Shown here: positions 21,722 through 30,577 of the stretch, piece by piece
Layout: each line of letters opens with the position of its first letter
How positions within the stretch are numbered: the first letter of the stretch is position 1
IMG/VR virus record: IMGVR_UViG_3300005512_000062
Coordinates: 1-46,737 of that record
Strand: one strand, 5' to 3'
Origin: a virus
Lineage: Duplodnaviria > Caudoviricetes
Length of the DNA stretch: 46,737 nucleotides
Notes under the pieces: model-generated
The model's input: only the letters and a program-made list of their open reading frames with translations
What the model was told of the DNA's origin: nothing
Database searches by the model: none
Translations under genes and position numbers: made by a program

Positions 21722-24007
21722 ATGGCTTATGCAGGCGGCGGATATGCGGGCGATGGGGTGACCGGTCCTACTGGTCCCCAAGGCGCTAGTGGTGCTACAG
21801 GTGCAACTGGTGCGCAAGGTACAGCAGCACAGTTGACTGGACCCACAGGTGCCACTGGATCCACGGGCGCAACCGGCGCCACGGGTCCTCAAGGCACACA
21901 AGGAACTCAAGGTATCCAGGGTACTCAAGGTATTCAGGGTACTCAAGGTATTCAGGGTACTCAAGGTATACAAGGAACTCAGGGGATTACTGGGCCTACT
22001 GGGCCAACTGGGCCACAAGGTACCCAGGGTACAGCTTCAACTGTTACCGGACCAACTGGACCAACAGGCGCAACTGGACCCCAGGGAACTCAAGGCACAG
22101 CCGGAGTGACAGGAGCAACAGGAGCCACTGGACCAACTGGACCCCAGGGTACAGCAGGACAGGCAGCAGGACAGCTATGGTATTTTTCAAGTGACGCTAC
22201 TGTTCCGGCAATAGGAGCCTACGAGGGACTACGAAGAGTACCTTCCCTTAACGTGGAAGATGATGATACTGTTGTAATAGGTAGTGGTGATGGGCAGACC
22301 CTTATGGGTTCTTATGCTACGGATGCTAATAACCCAGGGGTGGATGTTATCCCTGCGGGTCCGCAGAAGTTCCATATGCACCACTATGTAGATAGTGCTA
22401 CAGGAATAACCACCTTTACATATAAGGTGTATAAATATGAGTCAGATACGACAGAGACATTGCTATTTGAGGTGACAACTGTAGAGGTTGACGCTACCGC
22501 GGTGACTACTTATGAGACCACAGTGACCAATCCTACAGATGTCGTTCTCGATGTTACCGATAGAATTGTTGTCAAAGTATACGCACAGACAACCTCTGTA
22601 GCCAATAGAACTTGCCACTGGGTATATGAAGGAACTGTAAATGCGTCTAGTGTATTGACTACCCTTTATGTAGAAGGTCAGCAGGGGCCAACCGGACCGA
22701 CCGGCGCCACTGGAAGTACGGGAGCGACTGGAAGCACAGGCGCAACCGGAGCGACAGGGGCCACCGGACCAACTGGACCGACTGGACCTCAAGGTACTCA
22801 AGGTATCCAGGGAACCCAGGGCATACAGGGGACGCAGGGAATTACCGGGCCGACAGGGGCCACAGGCGCCACTGGTCCGCAAGGAACTCAAGGTACAGCG
22901 TCAACAGTGACCGGGCCTACTGGGCCAACAGGCGCCCAGGGAACTCAAGGAACTCAAGGTATACAAGGAACTCAAGGGATTACTGGGCCTACTGGGCCAA
23001 CAGGTGCGCAAGGAACTCAAGGTACAGCGTCTACAGTGACCGGGCCTACCGGACCGACTGGACCAACTGGACCCCAGGGTACGCAAGGTATACAGGGTAC
23101 TCAAGGGATTACTGGGCCAACTGGACCAACAGGCGCCCAGGGAACTAAAGGTGACCAAGGCACGGTGGGTGACACTGGGCCGACTGGACCAACCGGACCG
23201 ACTGGCGCCCAGGGAACCAAGGGCGATCAAGGCACGGTGGGTGACACCGGACCAACTGGGCCAACTGGACCAACAGGCGCCCAGGGAACTAAAGGTGACC
23301 AAGGAACTGTTGGGGATACTGGACCAACTGGACCAACAGGGGCAACCGGAGCGCAAGGAACTAAAGGTGACCAGGGTACAGTAGGAGATACTGGGCCAAC
23401 TGGACCAACAGGCGCCCAGGGAACCAAGGGCGATCAAGGAACTGTTGGGGATACTGGACCAACTGGACCAACCGGACCAACAGGCGCCCAGGGAACCAAA
23501 GGTGACCAAGGTACCCAGGGTACGGCGGGTGACACTGGACCAACTGGGCCAACTGGACCAACAGGTTCTCAGGGGACTAAAGGAGATCAAGGGACAGTAG
23601 GAGATACTGGACCAACTGGACCTACAGGAGGAACCGGACCAACTGGACCAGGGAACTCCAATATAGAGGTAGTCATAGGTAATGGTACCGATACGATAGC
23701 CACAGGTGTATGGGGCGATGTAGAGGTAGGCTATGCTTGTACTATCACTGGTGTGACTATGCTATGTGATCAGAGTTGTACAGCAACTATCGATATTTGG
23801 AAGGATACATATGCCAACTTCCCTCCAACTAATGCTGATAGCATCACAAGTGCAACACCTCCGGGTACCTCGGCAGCAACTAAAGATCAAGATACTACCT
23901 TGACGAGTTGGACTACAAGTATAAGTGCGGGGGATATATTAAGGTACAATGTGGATGCAAACGATAATGCAACGAGAATCACTTTGTCTCTAACAGTGAG
24001 CGTTTAA
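21722..24007 (+). CDS. Long collagen-like fibre protein (BclA-like Gly-X-Thr repeats)
   Basis: Two collagen blocks separated by a ~175 aa globular domain. C-terminal domain is paralogous to that of 20177..21118. Confidence 0.85.
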   Translation: MAYAGGGYAGDGVTGPTGPQGASGATGATGAQGTAAQLTGPTGATGSTGATGATGPQGTQGTQGIQGTQGIQGTQGIQGTQGIQGTQGITGPTGPTGPQGTQGTASTVTGPTGPTGATGPQGTQGTAGVTGATGATGPTGPQGTAGQAAGQLWYFSSDATVPAIGAYEGLRRVPSLNVEDDDTVVIGSGDGQTLMGSYATDANNPGVDVIPAGPQKFHMHHYVDSATGITTFTYKVYKYESDTTETLLFEVTTVEVDATAVTTYETTVTNPTDVVLDVTDRIVVKVYAQTTSVANRTCHWVYEGTVNASSVLTTLYVEGQQGPTGPTGATGSTGATGSTGATGATGATGPTGPTGPQGTQGIQGTQGIQGTQGITGPTGATGATGPQGTQGTASTVTGPTGPTGAQGTQGTQGIQGTQGITGPTGPTGAQGTQGTASTVTGPTGPTGPTGPQGTQGIQGTQGITGPTGPTGAQGTKGDQGTVGDTGPTGPTGPTGAQGTKGDQGTVGDTGPTGPTGPTGAQGTKGDQGTVGDTGPTGPTGATGAQGTKGDQGTVGDTGPTGPTGAQGTKGDQGTVGDTGPTGPTGPTGAQGTKGDQGTQGTAGDTGPTGPTGPTGSQGTKGDQGTVGDTGPTGPTGGTGPTGPGNSNIEVVIGNGTDTIATGVWGDVEVGYACTITGVTMLCDQSCTATIDIWKDTYANFPPTNADSITSATPPGTSAATKDQDTTLTSWTTSISAGDILRYNVDANDNATRITLSLTVSV
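23131..23650 (+). repeat. Seven imperfect tandem units encoding G(A/S)[13 protein letters not shown](GPT)n
   Basis: Visible directly in DNA and translation. Confidence 0.9.
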
Positions 24008-24021
24008 ATAAGGAGTAAGCT

Positions 24022-26646
24022 ATGAGTGAAGTATTGAATTTAGGATTTGAAGGTGGCTCAAAGGATGTAGCGGCCAGTTTTGGGGCTAATGGGTATATTT
24101 ACTGTTCTGATAGTGATGACTTTGCGATAGGCACTAATTGGACTATTGATGGATGGGTTAAGTTTAATAGTGTTACAGGACAGCAAACCTTTGTTACCCA
24201 GTACCAGGGTGTAGGAGTTCAATGGTGGTTTGGTATGGATTCAAGCAACGACATCGGTGTATGGGTAGACGGGATGGACGCCGATGCTTCCTTTTTTGGT
24301 GACCAAGCGTTTGTAGCCAACAGATGGTACCACGTAGCTTGGTGTAAAGTTGGTAGTGACAACGGTGTCTATATTGATGGTCAACAGGTGGGGTATCAGA
24401 GTACAGCCTGTACTGGAAATATAGGAGGTTCTCTTCAGGTGGGCGCACAAAGCACTACTCTCTATATGAATGGCTTTATGAAAAGTATGCGTATCTCCGA
24501 CACTAATAGATTTGGAGCTTCTCCAGATGCCGGGGATTCAGATACTATTACTGTACCAACATCATTCCCTAGTAGTGATAGCGACACGATGCTATTACTT
24601 AAAATGGATGAAGCGGCCGGGTCAACATCGTATACCGATTCTAGCCCAAGCGCCCATTCAATGACTACTGACCCAACTGTCGTACAAAAATCTACCCTAA
24701 ATGCTTTAGATGAAGGGGCATGGCTCGTAGATAGTTCTGCTTCTGCACATACTGTAACAGCGGTAGGCGATGCTAAACAAGTTGTAACCGCTATCAATAA
24801 CAAACGACAAGCGTATTTCTTTGATGGGGATAGTGATTATATTACTATACCTGATAGTGCGGATTGGGATATATCAACAAACTGGACTGTAGATTTTTGG
24901 GTCAAACCAACTTCCGTATCGGGGACAACAGTCCCCATTGGTCAATATGTAGATGCCACTCACGTATGGAACTGTTATCAGATTAACGGAGTTCTTGGCG
25001 CTCAGATATATAATGGCGGTCCGGAGGTAACTCTTAATGGTGGAACTTTAAGTACAGGTATTTGGCAACACGTTGCAATTGTCAGGAACGAAGACGCCGG
25101 CAGTTATTATTGGGGTATTTATCTTGATGGGATACAGACCGCTTATGTGGCTGATGATAGTATAGCTACCTTCGCCGGTGTACTACAAATAGGCGCAGCC
25201 GGAGCAGGGTATTATTTCAACGGACATATGAAAAACATCCGTATAGAACATACTAATACTTTCTCCGCATCCCCCAATGTAGGATTGACAGATACTATAA
25301 CTGTTCCTACCGCGGATCCGGTAGCCGGAGCAAACACGAAACTATTACTGACAGCACAGACACCAAGTTTGAATAGTCCTTTGTGTTCTACTGCTTATTG
25401 TGGTGGTGATACACATTATTTTACTGTACCCGACTCATCTGATTGGGATATAGGAACAGGAAACTATACTCTTGAAGGATGGTTCTGGACTTCCGACAAC
25501 AGAAACGAAGGATTGATTGATGTTGGGAATATGGTAGGCCATGCTGACGGATTCGGTATGTATCTAGGTGCTGATTATAATCTTTATTGGGTTAATAATT
25601 CTAATACTTTAGTAGCTGTTACAGGAGCTACAGCCATAAACAAATGGATGCACATCGCTGTAGTTCGAGCAGGAACAGGAACTAACGAATGCACTATTTA
25701 TATAGACGGCGTAGCAAAGGCTACTGGAACTTCCGCTGTTGATCTATCAGGCAGTACCGCAGGGGTTGCCATAGGGAATAGATTTGATAGTTTGGCTTCC
25801 GAAGGTTGGTTGGGGTATATTAAAGGGGTGCGTATTTCTAATAATGCCAGGTATACCGCAGATTTTACACCAAGTACAACGCCCTTTGCAGACGATGCAA
25901 ACACCCTTTTACTGGTGCCTTTTGATGGGGTGCCTGACGATACAGATGATACTAATGGTTGGCTTACTGATTCTACAGGCACCCATACTGTATCTGCGGT
26001 CAATAGTCCGGTCTGCAAATACATCGAAGACTACCGCAATAGAACAGTTCGAGATGACAGTGGCCAAGACCATACAGGAGTTATGGTAGGCACAGCGAAG
26101 AATGATTGGATAACTGTTGAGGGTAATGGATGTCTTGGACTTGATGGCTCAAGCTACCTTACGATGGCAGATAGCGATGATTGGGATTTTGGCACAAATG
26201 CCAGCTTTACTACAGAAACTTGGGTAAAGTATGATGATATAGCGGCTCATTGTCTTTATGGTAATGGAACCTCTACTGGCTGGGGCATATACTATACAGG
26301 TGCGGATTACCAGTTTTGGATGGATGGAGCGGCGAGAGAAACCGCAACTTTTACTCCACGCCTGAAAGAATGGTATCACATTGTAGGTGTTAGGAACTCT
26401 TCTACTATCAAGTTTTATGTGAATGGTTCGCCATTAGATGCGGGAACATCTTACGGCACAGCAGTAACTGACTCTCAGGAGTTTTGGGTGGGGAGTAATG
26501 TCAATGGCTCTGCACAAACAGTTAATGGCCATATGGATATGGTGCAGGTGGATAATGGCACAGCCCTATACACAGCACCATTTATACCGCCAGTATACCC
26601 GACAAGTGGCGCGAGTGGAAATGCTTTTCAAGTGATAATGTTCTAA
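24022..26646 (+). CDS. Multi-LamG/concanavalin A-like lectin protein, probable receptor-binding protein
   Basis: Four repeats of DW/F.....WT...W...W.H.A.V.....YIDG...G.....RIS, the LamG_3-like pattern. Confidence 0.88.
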   Translation: MSEVLNLGFEGGSKDVAASFGANGYIYCSDSDDFAIGTNWTIDGWVKFNSVTGQQTFVTQYQGVGVQWWFGMDSSNDIGVWVDGMDADASFFGDQAFVANRWYHVAWCKVGSDNGVYIDGQQVGYQSTACTGNIGGSLQVGAQSTTLYMNGFMKSMRISDTNRFGASPDAGDSDTITVPTSFPSSDSDTMLLLKMDEAAGSTSYTDSSPSAHSMTTDPTVVQKSTLNALDEGAWLVDSSASAHTVTAVGDAKQVVTAINNKRQAYFFDGDSDYITIPDSADWDISTNWTVDFWVKPTSVSGTTVPIGQYVDATHVWNCYQINGVLGAQIYNGGPEVTLNGGTLSTGIWQHVAIVRNEDAGSYYWGIYLDGIQTAYVADDSIATFAGVLQIGAAGAGYYFNGHMKNIRIEHTNTFSASPNVGLTDTITVPTADPVAGANTKLLLTAQTPSLNSPLCSTAYCGGDTHYFTVPDSSDWDIGTGNYTLEGWFWTSDNRNEGLIDVGNMVGHADGFGMYLGADYNLYWVNNSNTLVAVTGATAINKWMHIAVVRAGTGTNECTIYIDGVAKATGTSAVDLSGSTAGVAIGNRFDSLASEGWLGYIKGVRISNNARYTADFTPSTTPFADDANTLLLVPFDGVPDDTDDTNGWLTDSTGTHTVSAVNSPVCKYIEDYRNRTVRDDSGQDHTGVMVGTAKNDWITVEGNGCLGLDGSSYLTMADSDDWDFGTNASFTTETWVKYDDIAAHCLYGNGTSTGWGIYYTGADYQFWMDGAARETATFTPRLKEWYHIVGVRNSSTIKFYVNGSPLDAGTSYGTAVTDSQEFWVGSNVNGSAQTVNGHMDMVQVDNGTALYTAPFIPPVYPTSGASGNAFQVIMF

Positions 26647-26660
26647 ACAAGGAGGATACA

Positions 26661-27062
26661 ATGAGTGTATGGAGAATGGAAATGGACATATCGTTTGATT
26701 CGAAAGCGAATATGTTAGCTATGATGAACCTCATAGAGAAGATGTATTATAAGTTACAGAAGAAGGAAGGCGAACTTCCTATACCTTGTCAAGTACGATG
26801 GCACGAATGTATGCACGATGTGGGTGGACCCTGCAGTGGATATGAAACTGTAGTATTTGATGGCGAGACAAACCATGGCGTACCCGCGATAAATGCGATC
26901 CCTAATGCGCTTAAAATAGAGATCAAGAACCCGGTAGAAGCAGAAAAGGCAGTTCTTCAGGGGCAGATCGACGCTTTAACAGCAGAGAATGCCGAACTCA
27001 AGAAGCCTAAAGCGACTGGCGGTACGGCTCCCATAGCCCCAGCAACCGGGGGTACAGCTTGA
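26661..27062 (+). CDS. Hypothetical protein with C/H cluster and coiled coil
   Basis: AAGGAGG SD, CQVRWHECMHDVGGPC motif. Confidence 0.7.
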   Translation: MSVWRMEMDISFDSKANMLAMMNLIEKMYYKLQKKEGELPIPCQVRWHECMHDVGGPCSGYETVVFDGETNHGVPAINAIPNALKIEIKNPVEAEKAVLQGQIDALTAENAELKKPKATGGTAPIAPATGGTA

Positions 27063-27319
27063 ACGCAATAGAGATGGCAAGGATTATCAAGGAGATAGGC
27101 TTGGCAGCGGGTGCCTTCTGCTTATGTGCCTGGATGGTTGTGTATATAGTGAAGAGACTTGCCACGAACCTTGATAGGATGATAACAAAACAAGACATCT
27201 TTATGGCACGGGTGGAGCAAGAACATAAGGCTGCCCAGGAAGATCATAAAGAATTTTCAGCACAGAATAAAGAAATTACTGCGGCACTGGGTCGCATTAA
27301 TGGCTTTAAAAGTGACTAA
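27059..27319 (+). CDS. Holin-like single-TM protein
   Basis: One hydrophobic helix followed by a coiled-coil soluble tail, at the end of the late operon. Confidence 0.55.
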   Translation: MNAIEMARIIKEIGLAAGAFCLCAWMVVYIVKRLATNLDRMITKQDIFMARVEQEHKAAQEDHKEFSAQNKEITAALGRINGFKSD

Positions 27320-27333
27320 AAGGAGGACATGAC

Positions 27334-27501
27334 ATGAAGTTTTTAGAAGGATACAAAACGTACATAGTGGTAGTGGTAGCGGTTATTTTTAATGGGTTAG
27401 TGGCGATGGGCTATGTACCCGCAGAGTCTCTTGGTCTGGTCAACACCATACTTGGGTTCTTGGGTCTTGGTGCTGTTAGGGCTGGGATAGCAGGTAAATA
27501 A
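27334..27501 (+). CDS. Holin-like two-TM protein, 55 aa (not in ORF track)
   Basis: AGGAGG SD. MKFLEGYKTYIVVVVAVIFNGLVAMGYVPAESLGLVNTILGFLGLGAVRAGIAGK, with TAATG coupling to the next gene. Confidence 0.75.
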   Translation: MKFLEGYKTYIVVVVAVIFNGLVAMGYVPAESLGLVNTILGFLGLGAVRAGIAGK

Positions 27502-27737
27502 TGTGGGTTACATTGGGACTAGGAGTCCTAAAGAATCTACTAGGGTTAGCGAAGGATCTCAACTCAGGAGAGAATAGAGAGAAGAAGTTCCATGTTGCAA
27601 TGAGTAAGAACGCAAGGAAAGCCCTCAATATAGCCGAGGACTATTTCGACATTGTAGAAGAGAACTTAACTAAACTTCCAGAGGGTGTACGGAAGAAACT
27701 TAAAAGGCTGTCGCAGAAATTTGATGACCTAGATTAA
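27501..27737 (+). CDS. Hypothetical protein, last gene of late operon
   Basis: Translationally coupled, amphipathic N-terminus, no lipobox. Confidence 0.65.
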   Translation: MWVTLGLGVLKNLLGLAKDLNSGENREKKFHVAMSKNARKALNIAEDYFDIVEENLTKLPEGVRKKLKRLSQKFDDLD

Positions 27738-27744
27738 TATGCTG

Positions 27745-27774
27745 AAGCCCCTGGTGATAAGCCAGGGGCTTTTT
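27745..27774 (+). terminator. Rho-independent terminator between convergent operons
   Basis: AAGCCCCTGG-TGATAAG-CCAGGGGCTT-TTT. Confidence 0.9.
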
Positions 27775-27778
27775 GCAT

Positions 27779-29182
27779 TTAGATTCGAGTTGCCGTACAT
27801 AGAAGGATATAGTCACGGGAAGCTGGGAGTTTGGTATCCCAATGCTTTCCGTTGGTGTTAAACCGAGTGATGCTGGTAATATTCAGCAACTCTCTATACC
27901 TCCATTTGACGATGTTTTCTGTGAACATTCTCACGTGGGAAGGATCATCGAATGAAGGAACAGAAAAAACAACCTCTTTGCCAACCGGTACCTTGCCAAG
28001 GACATCCTTGTCACGAGTCAGGTGTTCCAAGACTTCAAGAAGAACGTATGCATCGTAATCTCCGTAGGCATGGGTGTATATGTCCGCGACTCGATAAGGA
28101 TTGGAGACCATGTCAAAGCCATCGTAATTCTCTATGTACTCACCAAGTTTGCCCTGCCCGCAACCTATATCGAGGGTAGACTTATCCCCCACGATCTTAG
28201 CTACAGCCTTGTAGATATTTTCATATCTCTTATGGGCATCCTCTGGATACTTCTCATAGATCTTCTCATAATAGTCCGCGGTCTTTTCTACCTTCTCCCG
28301 GGTGAAGAGTAGCTTACTATTATCAGCCACCTCTGCCATCCATAGCCAACCTTCTTTATTAGTAGGACCCACCATATTAGCCATAAAGAGGATGGCTTCC
28401 TTGAAGTTGACGTTGATCTTAATAGCCTGGAGACAGGCATCCCGGGCTTCCTCTCCCCTTTGGAGATTCCAAAGCGCCCGTGCCTTCAAAAGGTTAGCAT
28501 CTGCCCTCTCTAATGCCCATTTCCCGTACTTTAGGTGTTCATCTGCCCAGTATAGACAATTAACCCATTCGCCCTTGTAAGAGCATTCTCGCGCGAAATA
28601 ATACATATTTCTAGGGGCTGTGCGGTTAGCTTCAACCTCCTTCTTGAGGATCCTATATGCCCTATTAGGATCTAACTTGTGTGCCGGAGACCACCCAAAC
28701 CTTACTGTTGCCCCTGTGTGGTACTTAGAAGTTACCGATAGATGGTTATGGATGGCTCCCTTCCAATAAACTTCCTTACATTTCCTATATAAGGTAGGTA
28801 TTGAGTGAGAGTTTGCCCCACTTACAGCTATGTAATTGACACCAAAACAGTATTCTTTAGGGTATTTGTCTATTGCTGCTCTTAGCTTCTTCATATCCCC
28901 CTTGGTTAAGGTGTCATCAGCATCGATGGTATAGACCCATTCGTTCTCACACTTAGCCATCGCGTGGTTCCTGGCTCCCGCGAAGTCATCGTTCCACTTG
29001 TAGTCCGTGAAGGACTTGATGTGTGGGTATTTCTTCTTGAGTTCCTCTATCACCTCAAGAGTCTTGTCGATGGAGCCGGTGTCACATATGACGATCTCAT
29101 CAGCATCCTTTACCGATTCGATACAAGCGGGCAACATCTCCTCTTCATTCTTTACTATCATTGCTACACTTATTTTAGCCAT
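27779..29182 (-). CDS. GT2 glycosyltransferase - TPR - class I SAM methyltransferase fusion
   Basis: GT2: MIVKNEE, DTGS.D.T, W.DDFA.ARN, IDADD. TPR helices in the middle. Methyltransferase: LDIGCGQG and EVLEHL...FSVP. Confidence 0.9.
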   Translation of the reverse strand: MAKISVAMIVKNEEEMLPACIESVKDADEIVICDTGSIDKTLEVIEELKKKYPHIKSFTDYKWNDDFAGARNHAMAKCENEWVYTIDADDTLTKGDMKKLRAAIDKYPKEYCFGVNYIAVSGANSHSIPTLYRKCKEVYWKGAIHNHLSVTSKYHTGATVRFGWSPAHKLDPNRAYRILKKEVEANRTAPRNMYYFARECSYKGEWVNCLYWADEHLKYGKWALERADANLLKARALWNLQRGEEARDACLQAIKINVNFKEAILFMANMVGPTNKEGWLWMAEVADNSKLLFTREKVEKTADYYEKIYEKYPEDAHKRYENIYKAVAKIVGDKSTLDIGCGQGKLGEYIENYDGFDMVSNPYRVADIYTHAYGDYDAYVLLEVLEHLTRDKDVLGKVPVGKEVVFSVPSFDDPSHVRMFTENIVKWRYRELLNITSITRFNTNGKHWDTKLPASRDYILLCTATRI

Positions 29183-29634
29183 AATATCCCCTGTCCCATA
29201 AGAACATATGCCAACTGGATACCTACGAGGAGTCCAAAGAATCCCTCACAGATCTTCCACATGAATATCTTCTCTGTTAGTTTTGTATTGGAAAGTAAGA
29301 AAAGTACACTAAATCCTATGGCAGTTCCAAGATTCCACCACGAGATGCCTATAGCAGCCCCTATAGTCGCGTATAAGACCCCTACGAGGATCTTCTGCCA
29401 CCAAGGGGTTGAGTCTCCATACCCCATAGAAAACCATGCTATGGCTGGTAGAGTGGCTAAAATGGCCTGCCACCACGGTACGCAGCACATTGCTGTCATT
29501 AGGTAGATAGTAGGTAGTAGCCACCTACGGATCCACTTCTGTCCTGGTATCTTAGACGAAATCTCTGTCCCACCTAGGGAAAACAAGATCCACGAGATAC
29601 CCGGTACAAATACCATCAATAATTCTGGGTTCAT
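29170..29634 (-). CDS. Multi-pass membrane protein overlapping the glycosyltransferase start
   Basis: AAGGAGG SD, several hydrophobic segments, SMGYG motif. Confidence 0.75.
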   Translation of the reverse strand: MNPELLMVFVPGISWILFSLGGTEISSKIPGQKWIRRWLLPTIYLMTAMCCVPWWQAILATLPAIAWFSMGYGDSTPWWQKILVGVLYATIGAAIGISWWNLGTAIGFSVLFLLSNTKLTEKIFMWKICEGFFGLLVGIQLAYVLMGQGILWLK

Positions 29635-29744
29635 TTTTCCTCCTTGTTATGACGCTTACTTCTACAATTTTTAGAACAGTATTTTAATATCTGTTTTGGG
29701 TTATTCTTTTTCATTGGTTTTTTACATACTTCACACCATTCCAT
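29631..29744 (-). CDS. 37-aa zinc-finger microprotein (not in ORF track)
   Basis: MEWCEVCKKPMKKNNPKQILKYCSKNCRSKRHNKEEK, coupled at both ends (TAATG, ATGA) with an upstream GGAGG. Confidence 0.7.
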   Translation of the reverse strand: MEWCEVCKKPMKKNNPKQILKYCSKNCRSKRHNKEEK

Positions 29745-30184
29745 TAGTCCTCCTTGTTGTGTTCCATATAGCGCCACCCATAATATGCTATGAGTACAGC
29801 GTCACTAGTGTCCTTACAAAACATCCTTGCTTTATGTTGAGCCGGGTAAAGTTCTTTTGCCCTGGCGTATAGTTTACTCTTGTCCCCGGCAGCATACACT
29901 CCTATAGCATTCTGCCATACCTGGGGGCGAACCATATGGTAGGGTGACTTGGAATGGTGTGCCGCGCTTTCTACAGCTTCAGCCCACTTACCAAAAGTAA
30001 AGGCACTTACGACTCCCATCTGGGGAGAAGCAGTTACCCTCTCTATGAAATAGACACAGTTCTGGTATCCTATTCTCCTACAGTTCTCAATCTCCCCTCT
30101 GAAAGGGATGACCCACTTGAGGTCACCATCAAGTAGACAGGCTGCTGCCCCGCTTTTTCCCGGATCCACTCCCACAATGAGCAT
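29744..30184 (-). CDS. RuvC-like Holliday junction resolvase
   Basis: IVGVDPGKSG, FIERV, GVVSAFTFG, VRPQVWQ and DAVLIA motifs. AGGAGG SD before ATG 30184. Confidence 0.85.
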   Translation of the reverse strand: MLIVGVDPGKSGAAACLLDGDLKWVIPFRGEIENCRRIGYQNCVYFIERVTASPQMGVVSAFTFGKWAEAVESAAHHSKSPYHMVRPQVWQNAIGVYAAGDKSKLYARAKELYPAQHKARMFCKDTSDAVLIAYYGWRYMEHNKED

Positions 30185-30305
30185 ATCTTTCCCTCCTACA
30201 TTTTTGACAATACTTTTGATTGGCTGACTTTGGCTTGTACTTCTTTCCACAATCGATGCATTCCCTTCTCTTGTTGTCAAATTTAAACTGCCACGATGAA
30301 CTCAT
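30129..30305 (-). CDS. Zinc-finger microprotein
   Basis: CIDCGKKYKPKSANQKYCQKC, with TGATG coupling at 30305. Confidence 0.6.
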   Translation of the reverse strand: MSSSWQFKFDNKRRECIDCGKKYKPKSANQKYCQKCRRERYAHCGSGSGKKRGSSLST

Positions 30306-30577
30306 CACCACCCCTTTAGCAGGTGCATAATTAAATAACCCCAAAACAGTATCATTCCTATTATAACGGAACGCACCTGCCATTTCGGAGCCTTCGCTTT
30401 CCATATCCAAAACATTTTTGATATAGTATTCCCGGTAGTCAACTTGGCTATGAGTTCATACGCGCCAAGTAATGACCCCACACATACCCAAAATATAACC
30501 CACCACCATAGCCCAGCTACTGCAAAGGGTACCCCTAGGGTTATTAGAAACACTGCTAGAATCTTTACTGCGTCCAT
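30305..30577 (-). CDS. Small membrane protein
   Basis: Three hydrophobic segments and a TIS..FW motif. Confidence 0.7.
   Translation of the reverse strand: MDAVKILAVFLITLGVPFAVAGLWWWVIFWVCVGSLLGAYELIAKLTTGNTISKMFWIWKAKAPKWQVRSVIIGMILFWGYLIMHLLKGW

Noticed and set aside
8209-23590. Antisense and off-frame ORFs over collagen tracts (e.g. 8209..8643, 22901..23590)
   Set aside because: These are stop-free shadows of GGN-CCN-ACN repeats with no SD or independent signal.
20177-26646. Diversity-generating retroelement, given the BPP-1-like head genes
   Set aside because: No reverse transcriptase and no adenine-specific template/variable repeat pair. The duplicated domain differs at all base types.
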